Virus record (IMG/VR): IMGVR_UViG_3300033150_001155
Span: 1-51,419 of that record
Length of the DNA: 51,419 nt
Strand: one strand, 5' to 3'
DNA from: a virus
Lineage: Duplodnaviria > Caudoviricetes
The notes under the pieces are model-generated. The model saw only the letters and a list, made by a program, of their open reading frames with translations, was not told where the DNA came from and did no database searches. This document shows positions 1-8,459 of this stretch, piece by piece; position 1 is the stretch's first letter; every line of letters begins with the position of its first letter. The position numbers and the translations under genes were made by a program.

Positions 1-114
1 CTGGATTCGACATAAACCGAGCAACCTCCTCTGCCCGATTTTGTAAGCTCTGCCAAAGATGCTCGTTCATTTTTTTACTCTTAAAGCTTAAAATACCCCA
101 TTATTTCCCCTCCC
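1..114. repeat. Terminal direct repeat, left copy (identical to 51306-51419)
   Basis: ctggattcgacataaaccg...ttatttcccctccc occurs at both ends and cuts through the 51043-51375 CDS; probably an assembly overlap of a circular contig. Confidence 0.95.
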
Positions 115-136
115 CTGTCCCTTAAATCCAATTTGG

Positions 137-445
137 TCAGTTGTCTTTCTTCGTCGGTAGAACCCGTCCGGCTGAATCGTAATATTTAAATGTGCCGGTA
201 AGTCCTTTAATTAACTTGTACGCGCCGAGTGCACCGAACGCAACCTGAATGAACACCCAAAATAGAGCCTGATTGAATTGCTGCCCTGTCTGGATGGCAT
301 AATAGGCCACGACTCCGGCTGATGTCGCAATCGTTAGCGCGACCGCGACGGCACCCTCAACGACATACCCAAGTTTCGCAATCCATGACTTGAGAAGCTG
401 GACAACCGTTCCGACCGTAGCAACCATAATAGCTATGGCTGGCAT
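137..445 (-). CDS. Holin-like membrane protein
   Basis: 102 aa with about 3 hydrophobic segments and a basic C-terminus; GGAGGTG SD; across the circular junction it lies two genes upstream of the endolysin. Confidence 0.55.
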   Translation of the reverse strand: MPAIAIMVATVGTVVQLLKSWIAKLGYVVEGAVAVALTIATSAGVVAYYAIQTGQQFNQALFWVFIQVAFGALGAYKLIKGLTGTFKYYDSAGRVLPTKKDN

Positions 446-477
446 TTCTGATCACCTCCTTTTGTTTGGATTTTAAC

Positions 478-630
478 TCATCTTCTTTTTGTCCGATCAG
501 TCCGATCACTAATGCGTCTGAGCTCTGAAAAAAAGCTAAGATCATAAAGAGCTGCCAACATAATCACAAAGATAAACCACCAGGGTATATTCTCTTTGAA
601 AATAACAAACATCATGCATAATATAAACAT
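478..630 (-). CDS. Small membrane protein (50 aa, MFILCMMFVIF...)
   Basis: Manually translated; below the ORF-track cutoff; coupled to the stop of the upstream gene; GGAGG SD; hydrophobic. Confidence 0.5.
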   Translation of the reverse strand: MFILCMMFVIFKENIPWWFIFVIMLAALYDLSFFSELRRISDRTDRTKRR

Positions 631-941
631 CAATCTACCTCCCTTTGGGAACGTAAAAGCTCACGATATCTCAGACGATAATGATCAATGACATGAGCAA
701 CCTGTGCTTGATACTCCTCAATTGACCTCACCATATCATCTAGCGTTTTCCGCTCAGTGTCGACCCGGGCAATACGCGCCGTTATCCTGGCGGTCTCGGC
801 CATGATAATATCTTTGTCAATCCGACTTTGCAGATATGCACCCAACGGGAAGGAAAGGATCCCGCCGATGAGGATCCCAAGAAAGAACCATGTAATTTTT
901 ACTGACCGCTCCCAATCTTTACTGCTGGTTTTAATCTTCAT
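630..941 (-). CDS. Membrane-anchored coiled-coil hypothetical protein
   Basis: N-terminal TM (ITWFFLGILIGGILSFPLGAYL) followed by a helical region; ATGA overlap with upstream ORF. Confidence 0.6.
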   Translation of the reverse strand: MKIKTSSKDWERSVKITWFFLGILIGGILSFPLGAYLQSRIDKDIIMAETARITARIARVDTERKTLDDMVRSIEEYQAQVAHVIDHYRLRYRELLRSQREVD

Positions 942-1096
942 CTCCCCTTCATCCTCCTATACATGCTTTTCCAATACAGCGCCTTTTCCTCTAGGCTTGA
1001 TATTTTGGAGCTGGTGCATAGTACCGTGAGAACAATTCCTGCCACCAAGCCAGTAAAATAACCCAAGATAAATGCATAAAATATTTTATGTCCCAT
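938..1096 (-). CDS. Small membrane protein (52 aa, MGHKIFYAFILG...)
   Basis: Manual translation; GGAGG SD; one TM segment. Confidence 0.5.
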   Translation of the reverse strand: MGHKIFYAFILGYFTGLVAGIVLTVLCTSSKISSLEEKALYWKSMYRRMKGR

Positions 1097-1105
1097 CTTA
1101 CCCTC

Positions 1106-1204
1106 CTATTCGTTCCAATCCTTAAATAATACTACTATTGCCTTAATTAAAACAGCAAGAATCAGCCCGAGAAACATAACGATAACCCCTAATGCTGTTC
1201 TCAT
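1106..1204 (-). CDS. Small hydrophobic peptide (32 aa, MRTALGVIVMFLG...)
   Basis: Manual translation; GAGGAGG SD; ATGA overlap with upstream ORF. Confidence 0.45.
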   Translation of the reverse strand: MRTALGVIVMFLGLILAVLIKAIVVLFKDWNE

Positions 1205-1362
1205 TTTTCCTCCTCTAGTGGACACCATAAAGGAATTTTATCAGGTTCTTTGATTAACCGTAGAAGATTTTTCCGGCAATGCGCCCAATGCGCCCCACCA
1301 AAAGATAGATATTGCATGTAAGGGCACTCTTTACAACTTTTGATTCTGATTATTCTGGCCAT
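1201..1362 (-). CDS. Small Cys-rich protein (CKEC...C...IPLWCPL)
   Basis: Manual translation, 53 aa; 4 Cys; purine-rich SD region. Confidence 0.55.
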   Translation of the reverse strand: MARIIRIKSCKECPYMQYLSFGGAHWAHCRKNLLRLIKEPDKIPLWCPLEEEK

Positions 1363-1452
1363 TCTCTTCTCCTTCGTTTTCGGCTGGGGATAATCTTTTT
1401 AACAACAACCTTTTCAATATTGTCCTCGTCCTCCCTTGTAACGAATCCATCC

Positions 1453-1806
1453 TTATAATGGATCTCCTGCATGATTCCTTCCTTTCATATCTTCTTGTTT
1501 TAACCTCTCAATCCATCGCTTAAGTTGCCTACGGCGCAAGGCTCGCCATTTAGGACGCGCTTTTAACTTGGCCCAAGTTTTTATTGAATCATAGGAATCG
1601 TTTTTATAACACCATTCAATTAAATAGTTACGACACGGCCTACCAGTAAACAACACCCAAATACAACTTTCGCAACGGTTATATAGAGAACGTACAACCT
1701 TGCAAAATGGACACTTGTCCCCACTAAACCGATCAGATTTCCCACGATAAAACTCCAACAATTCCTCACAAGCCTTGATCCACTGTTCACGCTCGGTTTT
1801 TGTCAT
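1453..1806 (-). CDS. Cys-rich hypothetical protein (CPFC...CESC...C)
   Basis: ORF track; Cys spacing shared with 4780-5148 and 5145-5522. Confidence 0.7.
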   Translation of the reverse strand: MTKTEREQWIKACEELLEFYRGKSDRFSGDKCPFCKVVRSLYNRCESCIWVLFTGRPCRNYLIEWCYKNDSYDSIKTWAKLKARPKWRALRRRQLKRWIERLKQEDMKGRNHAGDPL

Positions 1807-1960
1807 CCTCTTTCCCCTGCATCAAATCCCGAATATCCAGAAGCACCTCAATAATAAGAGCCTGGTTTAACAGTATGCAAGACGTTTTCCAATCTACGTC
1901 ACCATACCGTGAATTTCCCCATGCTACAGTCTCTCCCTCAATCTCGTCACGTTTTCTCAT
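1787..1960 (-). CDS. Small hypothetical protein (57 aa, ...LIIEVLLDIRDLM...)
   Basis: Manual translation; fills the gap between neighbours; purine-rich SD. Confidence 0.5.
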   Translation of the reverse strand: MRKRDEIEGETVAWGNSRYGDVDWKTSCILLNQALIIEVLLDIRDLMQGKEDDKNRA

Positions 1961-1972
1961 CTTCCTTCCCCA

Positions 1973-2347
1973 TTATTCCTGGATTGAGTCCACCAAGTCC
2001 TTGATGAGGTCTTTAATTTCTTGGGACACATCACCATCCTGACAGCATCTCCAAAGCATTTCCTTCTCGGTCATTTCTTCTTGAGTCCTGATGTCCCTAT
2101 ACATTCCATTCGGAAGTTGCTCTGCCCATCCGTATGCATACCCTTTGGGATGAATATTCTCAAGGCCACGACACCAAACGATTGCAATTGGCGTCTCATC
2201 AATTTCACGCCCGATATCCGGCCCGACAGCAACAGAGCCGTCGGCATAGACGCCGAGCTTCCACCCATAGTCTGCCGTCAAATACTCCCATAATACAGTT
2301 GGTGTTATGGCCTCCTCAATCACCCTGGTTTTCTTTTTTTTTGTCAT
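1973..2347 (-). CDS. Hypothetical protein
   Basis: 124-aa ORF in operon orientation; ATGA overlap with upstream ORF. Confidence 0.65.
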   Translation of the reverse strand: MTKKKKTRVIEEAITPTVLWEYLTADYGWKLGVYADGSVAVGPDIGREIDETPIAIVWCRGLENIHPKGYAYGWAEQLPNGMYRDIRTQEEMTEKEMLWRCCQDGDVSQEIKDLIKDLVDSIQE

Positions 2348-2523
2348 TCTTTCTTCTCATCTGAGTCTTTGGCTTCAGGCGTAGCGAAGTCAGAAAAAGT
2401 GCGGGTATTACCGTGACAATTACATGTGTACGTTATTGGCGGAACGCCTGTTCCAAACCAAATGCTTTGCTGATAAATAGGTGCTCCGCACTTAGGACAA
2501 TGTCCAACTTTAATCCAATTCAT
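2344..2523 (-). CDS. Small zinc-finger-like protein (CPKC...CNC)
   Basis: Manual translation, 59 aa; ATGA overlaps at both ends; GGAGG SD. Confidence 0.6.
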   Translation of the reverse strand: MNWIKVGHCPKCGAPIYQQSIWFGTGVPPITYTCNCHGNTRTFSDFATPEAKDSDEKKE

Positions 2524-3395
2524 TTCTCCCTCCTAGGCCATTCCCCGACATACTCATCCCAACCTATACTTTTAAATACAGCTTTATGGTTCACATATCG
2601 GGCAAACTTACGCTGATAATCATCCTTACGATCATATGGCATTACAAATGGGTCAACACCCATAGACCGCAGTTCTTCTACACGATATAAGTCCTCTTCA
2701 TGAGTTGTGTTGTGTCCAATAAGAACATAAAACATTGCTTTATTCTTTAGGCTGTATTTCTCCAGAATCCTAACTCCAGATCGAACGGCTCTCTCAGTAG
2801 GCATTAAATCCCAAGCAAAATGTATCCGTTTCCACAATCGGACGTGGGTTAATAATTCGGCCTGTTCATCATTCAAATAACGAATATCCAAACCTTGGCT
2901 GAAATTTATGCGTGCTTTTGATTCAATCAACTGGTTCAGAATGTACTTAAAATATCCGTGATCAGTGTTAAGCGAATTATCCAAAAGCATAATTTTATCT
3001 TGACCACGCCAGAATTCATAGATATCAGCATTAGGCCGCCATCTGCCCTCCTTTTCGGGAACAACACAAAAGGGACATTTTCTATTACACCCACGGGATG
3101 TAAACCCAATAGCGTAGTCACAATTATATAAAGAATAATCTGGATAAAGATGCTCAATTTTATCTGGAAGCACCATAGTAAAACCACTGCCCGTGCCACC
3201 GATAATGGCGGTTGACGGAAGATTCGGAAACGATGTGTCATTGAAAATCTTGGAGGCATAAACCACGTCATATTGACGACTGTCTAACTCCCCGACCAAA
3301 TCAACAATGTTGTTATTTTTTTTATGATATGCAGATAGTTTCATGAGTGCTAAATTTGGTATTTTAGAATCAATGTCAATTAGTGCTATATTCAT
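2520..3395 (-). CDS. Radical SAM protein
   Basis: CxxxCxxC motif (SRGCNRKCPFC); N-terminal PNLALMKLSAYHK segment typical of phage radical SAM proteins. Confidence 0.85.
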   Translation of the reverse strand: MNIALIDIDSKIPNLALMKLSAYHKKNNNIVDLVGELDSRQYDVVYASKIFNDTSFPNLPSTAIIGGTGSGFTMVLPDKIEHLYPDYSLYNCDYAIGFTSRGCNRKCPFCVVPEKEGRWRPNADIYEFWRGQDKIMLLDNSLNTDHGYFKYILNQLIESKARINFSQGLDIRYLNDEQAELLTHVRLWKRIHFAWDLMPTERAVRSGVRILEKYSLKNKAMFYVLIGHNTTHEEDLYRVEELRSMGVDPFVMPYDRKDDYQRKFARYVNHKAVFKSIGWDEYVGEWPRREK

Positions 3396-3607
3396 CGCCT
3401 TATTGGATACTCCCCGACATACTCATAGCAAATATAATCCCCACCATCCAGGCCAACTAGGATATCGCCACACTCAGGGTCTTGGTTGTGTGTCTGGCAC
3501 AATTCCAACCAGTCATGAAAGTTGTTGATGTAGATGGTGGCGTTCCTTTTGGGAGCAGGGCGATCCATGAAATCCTCTTTGTATATGAAATCGTTGAAGT
3601 CTGTCAT
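3392..3607 (-). CDS. Hypothetical protein
   Basis: Probable start MTDFND overlaps the upstream stop (ATGA). Confidence 0.55.
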   Translation of the reverse strand: MTDFNDFIYKEDFMDRPAPKRNATIYINNFHDWLELCQTHNQDPECGDILVGLDGGDYICYEYVGEYPIRR

Positions 3608-4251
3608 TCTGGAAACTCCTGTATCAAAGGCTCTCCCCATATTTCTTTGAGGTTATTCTTTAGGAAAACTTTATATTCACGTTCATGCGCTATTTCTACA
3701 AATGACCGAATCCAATCTTTAGGCGGATCATGTTTTGTACCATGACCAGTTAACCGTCCAATAATTACCCAATCAATACCAGAACCGGGGATAGCCGTAT
3801 AATCAAGCATGGGTTCATAAGAGATGAGCTTTATTTTAGCAGAGGAACGCAATAAATAGTAAATTCTATTCAATGATTTATAATCATCTACGCTTACTCC
3901 CAACCAAACATTATCTGGCATGGGACGATCAATGTTCTCTGGCATCTTCGTCAGAATCTGGAAGGTGTGTTGGGGGCATTTTTCAATGACCTGAAATATC
4001 AAGTCTCTCATTTGCTTATAGTCATGGTTGGAATCGTGATAAAACAACTCGTGTGTTGAACAAACGAATATTTTTGATGGCTTAAAAAGTACCATCGGGC
4101 GGACAAGCTCATCCGTATCTATCCGTGGTGAACGTTCCCAGCCTAACCGCTTATACATCCTTCGAGCATAGCAGTACCAGCACCCAACAGGACACATCCC
4201 CTTGATGGGATTCCACGTGTAATCCGTCCATTCTATTCTGGTTTTATTCAT
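3604..4251 (-). CDS. DUF5131 / phage Gp37-Gp68 family radical-SAM-like protein
   Basis: Signature motifs: TRIEWTDYTWNP, CPVGCWYCYA, HTFQILTK, NVWLGVSV, ISYEP, IDWVIIG. Confidence 0.9.
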   Translation of the reverse strand: MNKTRIEWTDYTWNPIKGMCPVGCWYCYARRMYKRLGWERSPRIDTDELVRPMVLFKPSKIFVCSTHELFYHDSNHDYKQMRDLIFQVIEKCPQHTFQILTKMPENIDRPMPDNVWLGVSVDDYKSLNRIYYLLRSSAKIKLISYEPMLDYTAIPGSGIDWVIIGRLTGHGTKHDPPKDWIRSFVEIAHEREYKVFLKNNLKEIWGEPLIQEFPE

Positions 4252-4278
4252 TTTCCATCTCGGTGTGCAACGTAGTCG

Positions 4279-4467
4279 TCAGGTTCGCTCACCTGACGTA
4301 TCCTCCTCAGGGCGTGTGTTTTGAACTTTGGCCCTTAGAGCATCAAAATACTTGTCCGCATGTTCAGCCATAATTTTAACCGCCTCCTCCTTATTATGGG
4401 CGATTCGTTTTGTGCATCCCATAATGATAAGGTAATGCTTGTCAATCTGTTCAATACTTACGTTCAT
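4279..4467 (-). CDS. Hypothetical protein
   Basis: GGGAGG SD before MNVSIE. Confidence 0.5.
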   Translation of the reverse strand: MNVSIEQIDKHYLIIMGCTKRIAHNKEEAVKIMAEHADKYFDALRAKVQNTRPEEDTSGERT

Positions 4468-4642
4468 TTTTATCCTCCCAAAATATACAACCAAAATCTT
4501 TATGGACGCACCTAATAATGGGATGGGAATTATCTACAAGAATCATCATGTGTTTTCCCACTTCTTTAGAAGCACACTCTCCCCACGGTTTTTCGTGTAA
4601 AGCTCGAAAATACTTACAATTTTCACATATTTCCTCAATCAT
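4451..4642 (-). CDS. Small Cys-rich protein (CENC...C...FGC)
   Basis: ORF track, start refined; Cys pattern. Confidence 0.55.
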   Translation of the reverse strand: MIEEICENCKYFRALHEKPWGECASKEVGKHMMILVDNSHPIIRCVHKDFGCIFWEDKNERKY

Positions 4643-4802
4643 TTTCTTCGCCCTTGACGACATTATTATGAAGATTATCCTGAAACCTATCTCGATATCG
4701 CTGTATCTGTTTCGGCGACATCAATAAGGCATATGGCCCAATCATTCCCAATAAAACACGTCGCCAATTTTCTATTTGTTCAGACGTTAGGGGCTTGCTC
4801 AT
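4635..4802 (-). CDS. Small hypothetical protein
   Basis: GGAGAGG SD before MSKPLT. Confidence 0.5.
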   Translation of the reverse strand: MSKPLTSEQIENWRRVLLGMIGPYALLMSPKQIQRYRDRFQDNLHNNVVKGEEND

Positions 4803-5148
4803 TTTCCTCTCCTTTCGGCAGTAATGACCGTAGAAAGTCCAACTCTTTCTGCGCAAGCTCTTTACAGGTGGGGCAATTCTTTATAATGGTGGAAGCTGAT
4901 CCATGTTTAATTGCATGATGATTCCCCCATTCTATATATGGAGTTGATTCGCAGTACATCTCCCCACTTTTGTTTTTTACTGGGCATCCATCACAGGCGG
5001 AGTCCCGCTGAAATGCTATGCGTCTCCGATGAAACATTTGACAAAGAGGGCAATTATCTGTTCCACGATCCACCTCCGTTCCCTCCACAATCTTCTTCCA
5101 CTTTCTGATACTACCGTTAAGGGCTGCTAAGGTTTCCTTGTTCATCAT
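4780..5148 (-). CDS. Cys-rich hypothetical protein (SIRKW...CPLC...CDGCP...C)
   Basis: ORF track; Cys pattern like 1453-1806. Confidence 0.7.
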   Translation of the reverse strand: MMNKETLAALNGSIRKWKKIVEGTEVDRGTDNCPLCQMFHRRRIAFQRDSACDGCPVKNKSGEMYCESTPYIEWGNHHAIKHGSASTIIKNCPTCKELAQKELDFLRSLLPKGEENEQAPNV

Positions 5149-5522
5149 TTCACCTTTTTAAATTTCATAAGCTCGGCATGGATTTTAGCCAGGCCACGAC
5201 GGGCTACTTGATCTTCTCTTACCGATAAGCTCCAATAAATATATGATGTACCAAAGTCAATGGCTCTTTTCTCTGCCCTGGTAAGGAATTGATATATAAT
5301 AACAAGACAACCCTTCATTGAGCCTTTTTCAAAAGAAAGAAATGGACAATTATCACAATAAAAATCACGATATTTAATGCAGAGTGCGCAGGGCATATAA
5401 ATAATCCATCGTTTTTCACGCCTTTCCTGTCTTGCGTTTTTTGCGTCAAACCGCCAAAGCAATTGGTCATAGTCCTCATTGGCAAGCCTGATTTTCCTGC
5501 CCTTTATTACACGCTCATACAT
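5145..5522 (-). CDS. Cys-rich hypothetical protein (CALC...CDNCP...GC)
   Basis: ORF track; start uncertain (could extend to 5582). Confidence 0.6.
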   Translation of the reverse strand: MYERVIKGRKIRLANEDYDQLLWRFDAKNARQERREKRWIIYMPCALCIKYRDFYCDNCPFLSFEKGSMKGCLVIIYQFLTRAEKRAIDFGTSYIYWSLSVREDQVARRGLAKIHAELMKFKKVK

Positions 5523-5976
5523 GGCTATTTTCTCCGAATCGTTCAATCCCATACTGCAACAATAAATAAGCATCAGCCTCATCGTCGCTTTCTATTTCAC
5601 GGCCAGCCAATTCAGATGCACGCTTCATCATCGCTATCTTGTCCGCACGTCCGCTTCCTGTTGCCCACTTCTTGAGCGTTGCTGAATGAACGGAAGCATA
5701 ATCAACGCTCTCTCTTGCGCATGTCTCCATGATCCGTGTCGTCATTCCGACCGCCAGCTCTGTAGCGTATCCTCCCCGATGATGCGCCTGTTCATAGACC
5801 ACTAAATCAGGTTTGACAAGAGCGAACATCGTATTTAACCAATGATTAAATTTAAGAAATCTGATCCCCGATGATTCGCCCCGTAATAAATCAAATCTCT
5901 GGACTCCGCTCTCAATTCTCTCGGTAAGTGCAGCCCACCCACATTTAGTCCCAACATCAAGAGCTAATATTCTCAT
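5515..5976 (-). CDS. RuvC-like Holliday junction resolvase
   Basis: RNase H-fold catalytic pattern: MRILALDVG..CGWA, PDLVVYE, KKWATGSGRADK, DDEADA. Confidence 0.88.
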   Translation of the reverse strand: MRILALDVGTKCGWAALTERIESGVQRFDLLRGESSGIRFLKFNHWLNTMFALVKPDLVVYEQAHHRGGYATELAVGMTTRIMETCARESVDYASVHSATLKKWATGSGRADKIAMMKRASELAGREIESDDEADAYLLLQYGIERFGENSHV

Positions 5977-6101
5977 TTTCTCCCCGGGGTTTTCCGGAGC
6001 TTGTTCTTCATCCTCTCCTCGCCGATTATAAGCCCGACGACAAAGCCCGCAAAGACCCCTGCCAATATCCCCAATATTGCCGTGATCTCAGGACAGTTCA
6101 T
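5973..6101 (-). CDS. Small membrane protein (42 aa)
   Basis: Manual translation MNCPEITAILGILAGVFAGFVVGLIIG...; GGAGG SD; ATGA overlap with the resolvase gene. Confidence 0.5.
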   Translation of the reverse strand: MNCPEITAILGILAGVFAGFVVGLIIGEERMKNKLRKTPGRK

Positions 6102-6321
6102 CACTACCTCCCTCCTTCATTGTATCTTTCTCCCAAAGTAAATCCCCATCCATAGACCAATATTGTTCTATGATTCTGATAGGATCTTTCTTTGTGCCTT
6201 CGCCCCTCTCGGTCAACCGCGTTTTTATAACGTTGATTATTTCAACATCTTTTTGAGGGATATACTTAAAAGAAAACTTTTCTTTATACTCATAATGTGT
6301 AGTTTTGTTCTTATCGTTCAT
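6088..6321 (-). CDS. Hypothetical phage protein
   Basis: 77-aa ORF with RGEGTKKDPIRIIEQYWSMDG motif; ATGA overlap. Confidence 0.65.
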   Translation of the reverse strand: MNDKNKTTHYEYKEKFSFKYIPQKDVEIINVIKTRLTERGEGTKKDPIRIIEQYWSMDGDLLWEKDTMKEGGSDELS

Positions 6322-6638
6322 TTTTCGGTTCGTCTTGCATAGAAAAATTCCCGAAACATCTGTTTCAGGTAGGCCAGATGATTCCTCAGCATAGCATAAT
6401 TGTGCTCATTCCCAACGAAGGCCATCCGGCGCATAGACCGTAATGTCTTTTTTGTCTCTTTGAGAAAGGCGAACCGGACCTGCTCCCGATACGACCATTC
6501 CCATGCCGGCATCTCTTTCCTGCCTTTTTCGTCTCTGCTCTCTGGTATTAGAAACCGCATATCTTCTTTTTGGCCTCCCTTAGGTTTCGGAAACACCTTC
6601 CGCATAAATCTCTCTTTCTCATTCTTTTCATTATTCAT
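6318..6638 (-). CDS. Hypothetical protein
   Basis: 106-aa ORF, translationally coupled. Confidence 0.6.
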   Translation of the reverse strand: MNNEKNEKERFMRKVFPKPKGGQKEDMRFLIPESRDEKGRKEMPAWEWSYREQVRFAFLKETKKTLRSMRRMAFVGNEHNYAMLRNHLAYLKQMFREFFYARRTEK

Positions 6639-6808
6639 GTCATCTCCCTTTTTAATTCTTCCAGAAATTTTGAAGCTTTTTCTTGCACTCTCCCCACGCT
6701 TCGAAGGATTTCTATTTTTCTCTCAATTCGCGCTTCTTCATCTTCAATCTTATCCGCCCTCTTGATCTCTTCCCTAATTTTTGCTGTATAGAAATCAATA
6801 TATATCAT
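6635..6808 (-). CDS. Small coiled-coil hypothetical protein
   Basis: GGGAGG SD before MIYIDF. Confidence 0.5.
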   Translation of the reverse strand: MIYIDFYTAKIREEIKRADKIEDEEARIERKIEILRSVGRVQEKASKFLEELKREMT

Positions 6809-8459
6809 CCCGCCTCCCTTCAAATTCGGCTATTTTCCCTGTCTTGTAATCAAAAAACAGGTCATTCTTCTGAAGCCGTCCTCTCTTATTTTTCAATAAA
6901 TCTACAGATATCTGATTCCTATTCTCCTTATCCTCAGCTGAATTCCAAACACCAATGATGAAATCTGCAACCTCCTCGATCTGGCCGGAATTATGGACAC
7001 AGATATTATTTGCTATAAAATTATTATTTTCTGGGATCTCCATATCATAAACATCTTGTATGCCATTTTTTTCAATCTTTCTTATTTTCAAAAAGGCCAA
7101 TGAGCTATCCATTGGATTTTCATGCTCTTCAAAATTTATAGTGGCAATCCTATCTCCAATTGATAAATCCTTCAGGCGTACCCATCCTCTGTTATCTGTT
7201 AGAAATGGATGACTTTTTGTAACAGTAATCTGATAATTTAATTCTGTTGAAATCTTAAACGTTTCTTTTTTTCCTTTTTTCCATACTCGAATGGCTTTAC
7301 AATTGCTAAATTTATATTTTTTATTTATTGTTACTACATTTGGTTTCTTGCCGACTAAATTTTTGATTTTTTCATGTCGTCCATCTGATAGTAAAACATA
7401 AGAATCTCCGACAACGCTATCCCTTGCCATACTAAGCGACACTTCTTCATAGCCTGATCCACCAGCACGCGATATCTGAACCAACATAAAAATTACAGCT
7501 TCGTGTTTCTTCGCCATGTTCTTCGCTTCAATTATCCGTTCTGTCGTCTTTTGATATAGGCTTCCTTCGGCTGATGATGATTTCACAAGCCCAAGAAAAT
7601 CAACGAATACCACCTTGAGCGCATCCCTTTCTATTGCTATATCAATATCATGCATTGAATGTGGCGAGCTATATATTTTCGTGCCGGAATAGAATTTTTT
7701 GAATTCTCTATCATCAAGTGAACCATCTTCAATTTTTTCCTTCAACTTCCATCTATTAATGCCGAAGAATAGTTGCCGTAGCCTCTCGTTAATCGCTCCC
7801 TTCGTCATTTCAAGTGAGAAAAACCCGATATTTTCAACACCGTTTGAAACTAGATGTTCAAGGATATTAAGCGCGACCCACGTTTTTCCTGTCGTCGTCC
7901 TCCCCATAATGACAATCAATTCTCCATAGGAAAACTCATCCGTTTCCTTGTCAATCAACGGGATCCCCGTTTTTATCCCGGTTCTTTCCCTCCCGATCCA
8001 ATTTAGGTATTCCTCACATGAGGACTCAAAATCATTCTTCTCCCGTTCCGACATACTAACATCATATTTTTTCACAATATCCAATATAGATTCGACCGAC
8101 CCGATAGGATTTTTGATTTCTGAATTAATTTCTTTGATTAGATTTGACCGTAGCCTCTGCCATTTCAGCTCCCGGATACGCTCATAAAGAAACTTTTTCT
8201 TGTAATATTCCGGGAGGGCTGTCTGTGTTTGAAAGAATGAATAAAAATGATGCTTCGGTATTTCGTGCTCTAAAACATCATATACTACAGCATAACAGGG
8301 ATCGCTTTTTCCATCCCAGAGCTCTTTCATTGTCTTAAATATTTCTCGGTTATGCGGATTGAGGAACATATCCGGATCTGTGATATTGTCGAAAAGAATC
8401 GGCGCATATTCGGTATCCAGAAGTACGGTACCGAGAATCGCCTTTTCTGTTTCACTCAT
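6795..8459 (-). CDS. dnaB: Replicative DnaB-like (SF4) helicase containing a mini-intein
   Basis: N-terminal EKAILGTVL; Walker A GRTTTGKT; FFSLEM; VFVDFL; extein join gives MARD/SGQIEEVAD; KNKRG. Confidence 0.93.
   Translation of the reverse strand: MSETEKAILGTVLLDTEYAPILFDNITDPDMFLNPHNREIFKTMKELWDGKSDPCYAVVYDVLEHEIPKHHFYSFFQTQTALPEYYKKKFLYERIRELKWQRLRSNLIKEINSEIKNPIGSVESILDIVKKYDVSMSEREKNDFESSCEEYLNWIGRERTGIKTGIPLIDKETDEFSYGELIVIMGRTTTGKTWVALNILEHLVSNGVENIGFFSLEMTKGAINERLRQLFFGINRWKLKEKIEDGSLDDREFKKFYSGTKIYSSPHSMHDIDIAIERDALKVVFVDFLGLVKSSSAEGSLYQKTTERIIEAKNMAKKHEAVIFMLVQISRAGGSGYEEVSLSMARDSVVGDSYVLLSDGRHEKIKNLVGKKPNVVTINKKYKFSNCKAIRVWKKGKKETFKISTELNYQITVTKSHPFLTDNRGWVRLKDLSIGDRIATINFEEHENPMDSSLAFLKIRKIEKNGIQDVYDMEIPENNNFIANNICVHNSGQIEEVADFIIGVWNSAEDKENRNQISVDLLKNKRGRLQKNDLFFDYKTGKIAEFEGRRDDIY
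6990..7418 (-). mobile_element. Mini-intein (143 aa, no endonuclease) in DnaB
   Basis: Block A SVVGDSYVLLSDG, block B VTKSHPFLT, block F VYDMEI, block G ICVHN followed by +1 Ser. Confidence 0.9.

Noticed and set aside
6990-7418. Possible antisense nuclease in the DnaB intein as well
   Set aside because: The intein is only 143 aa and the ORF track lists no plus-strand ORF there.
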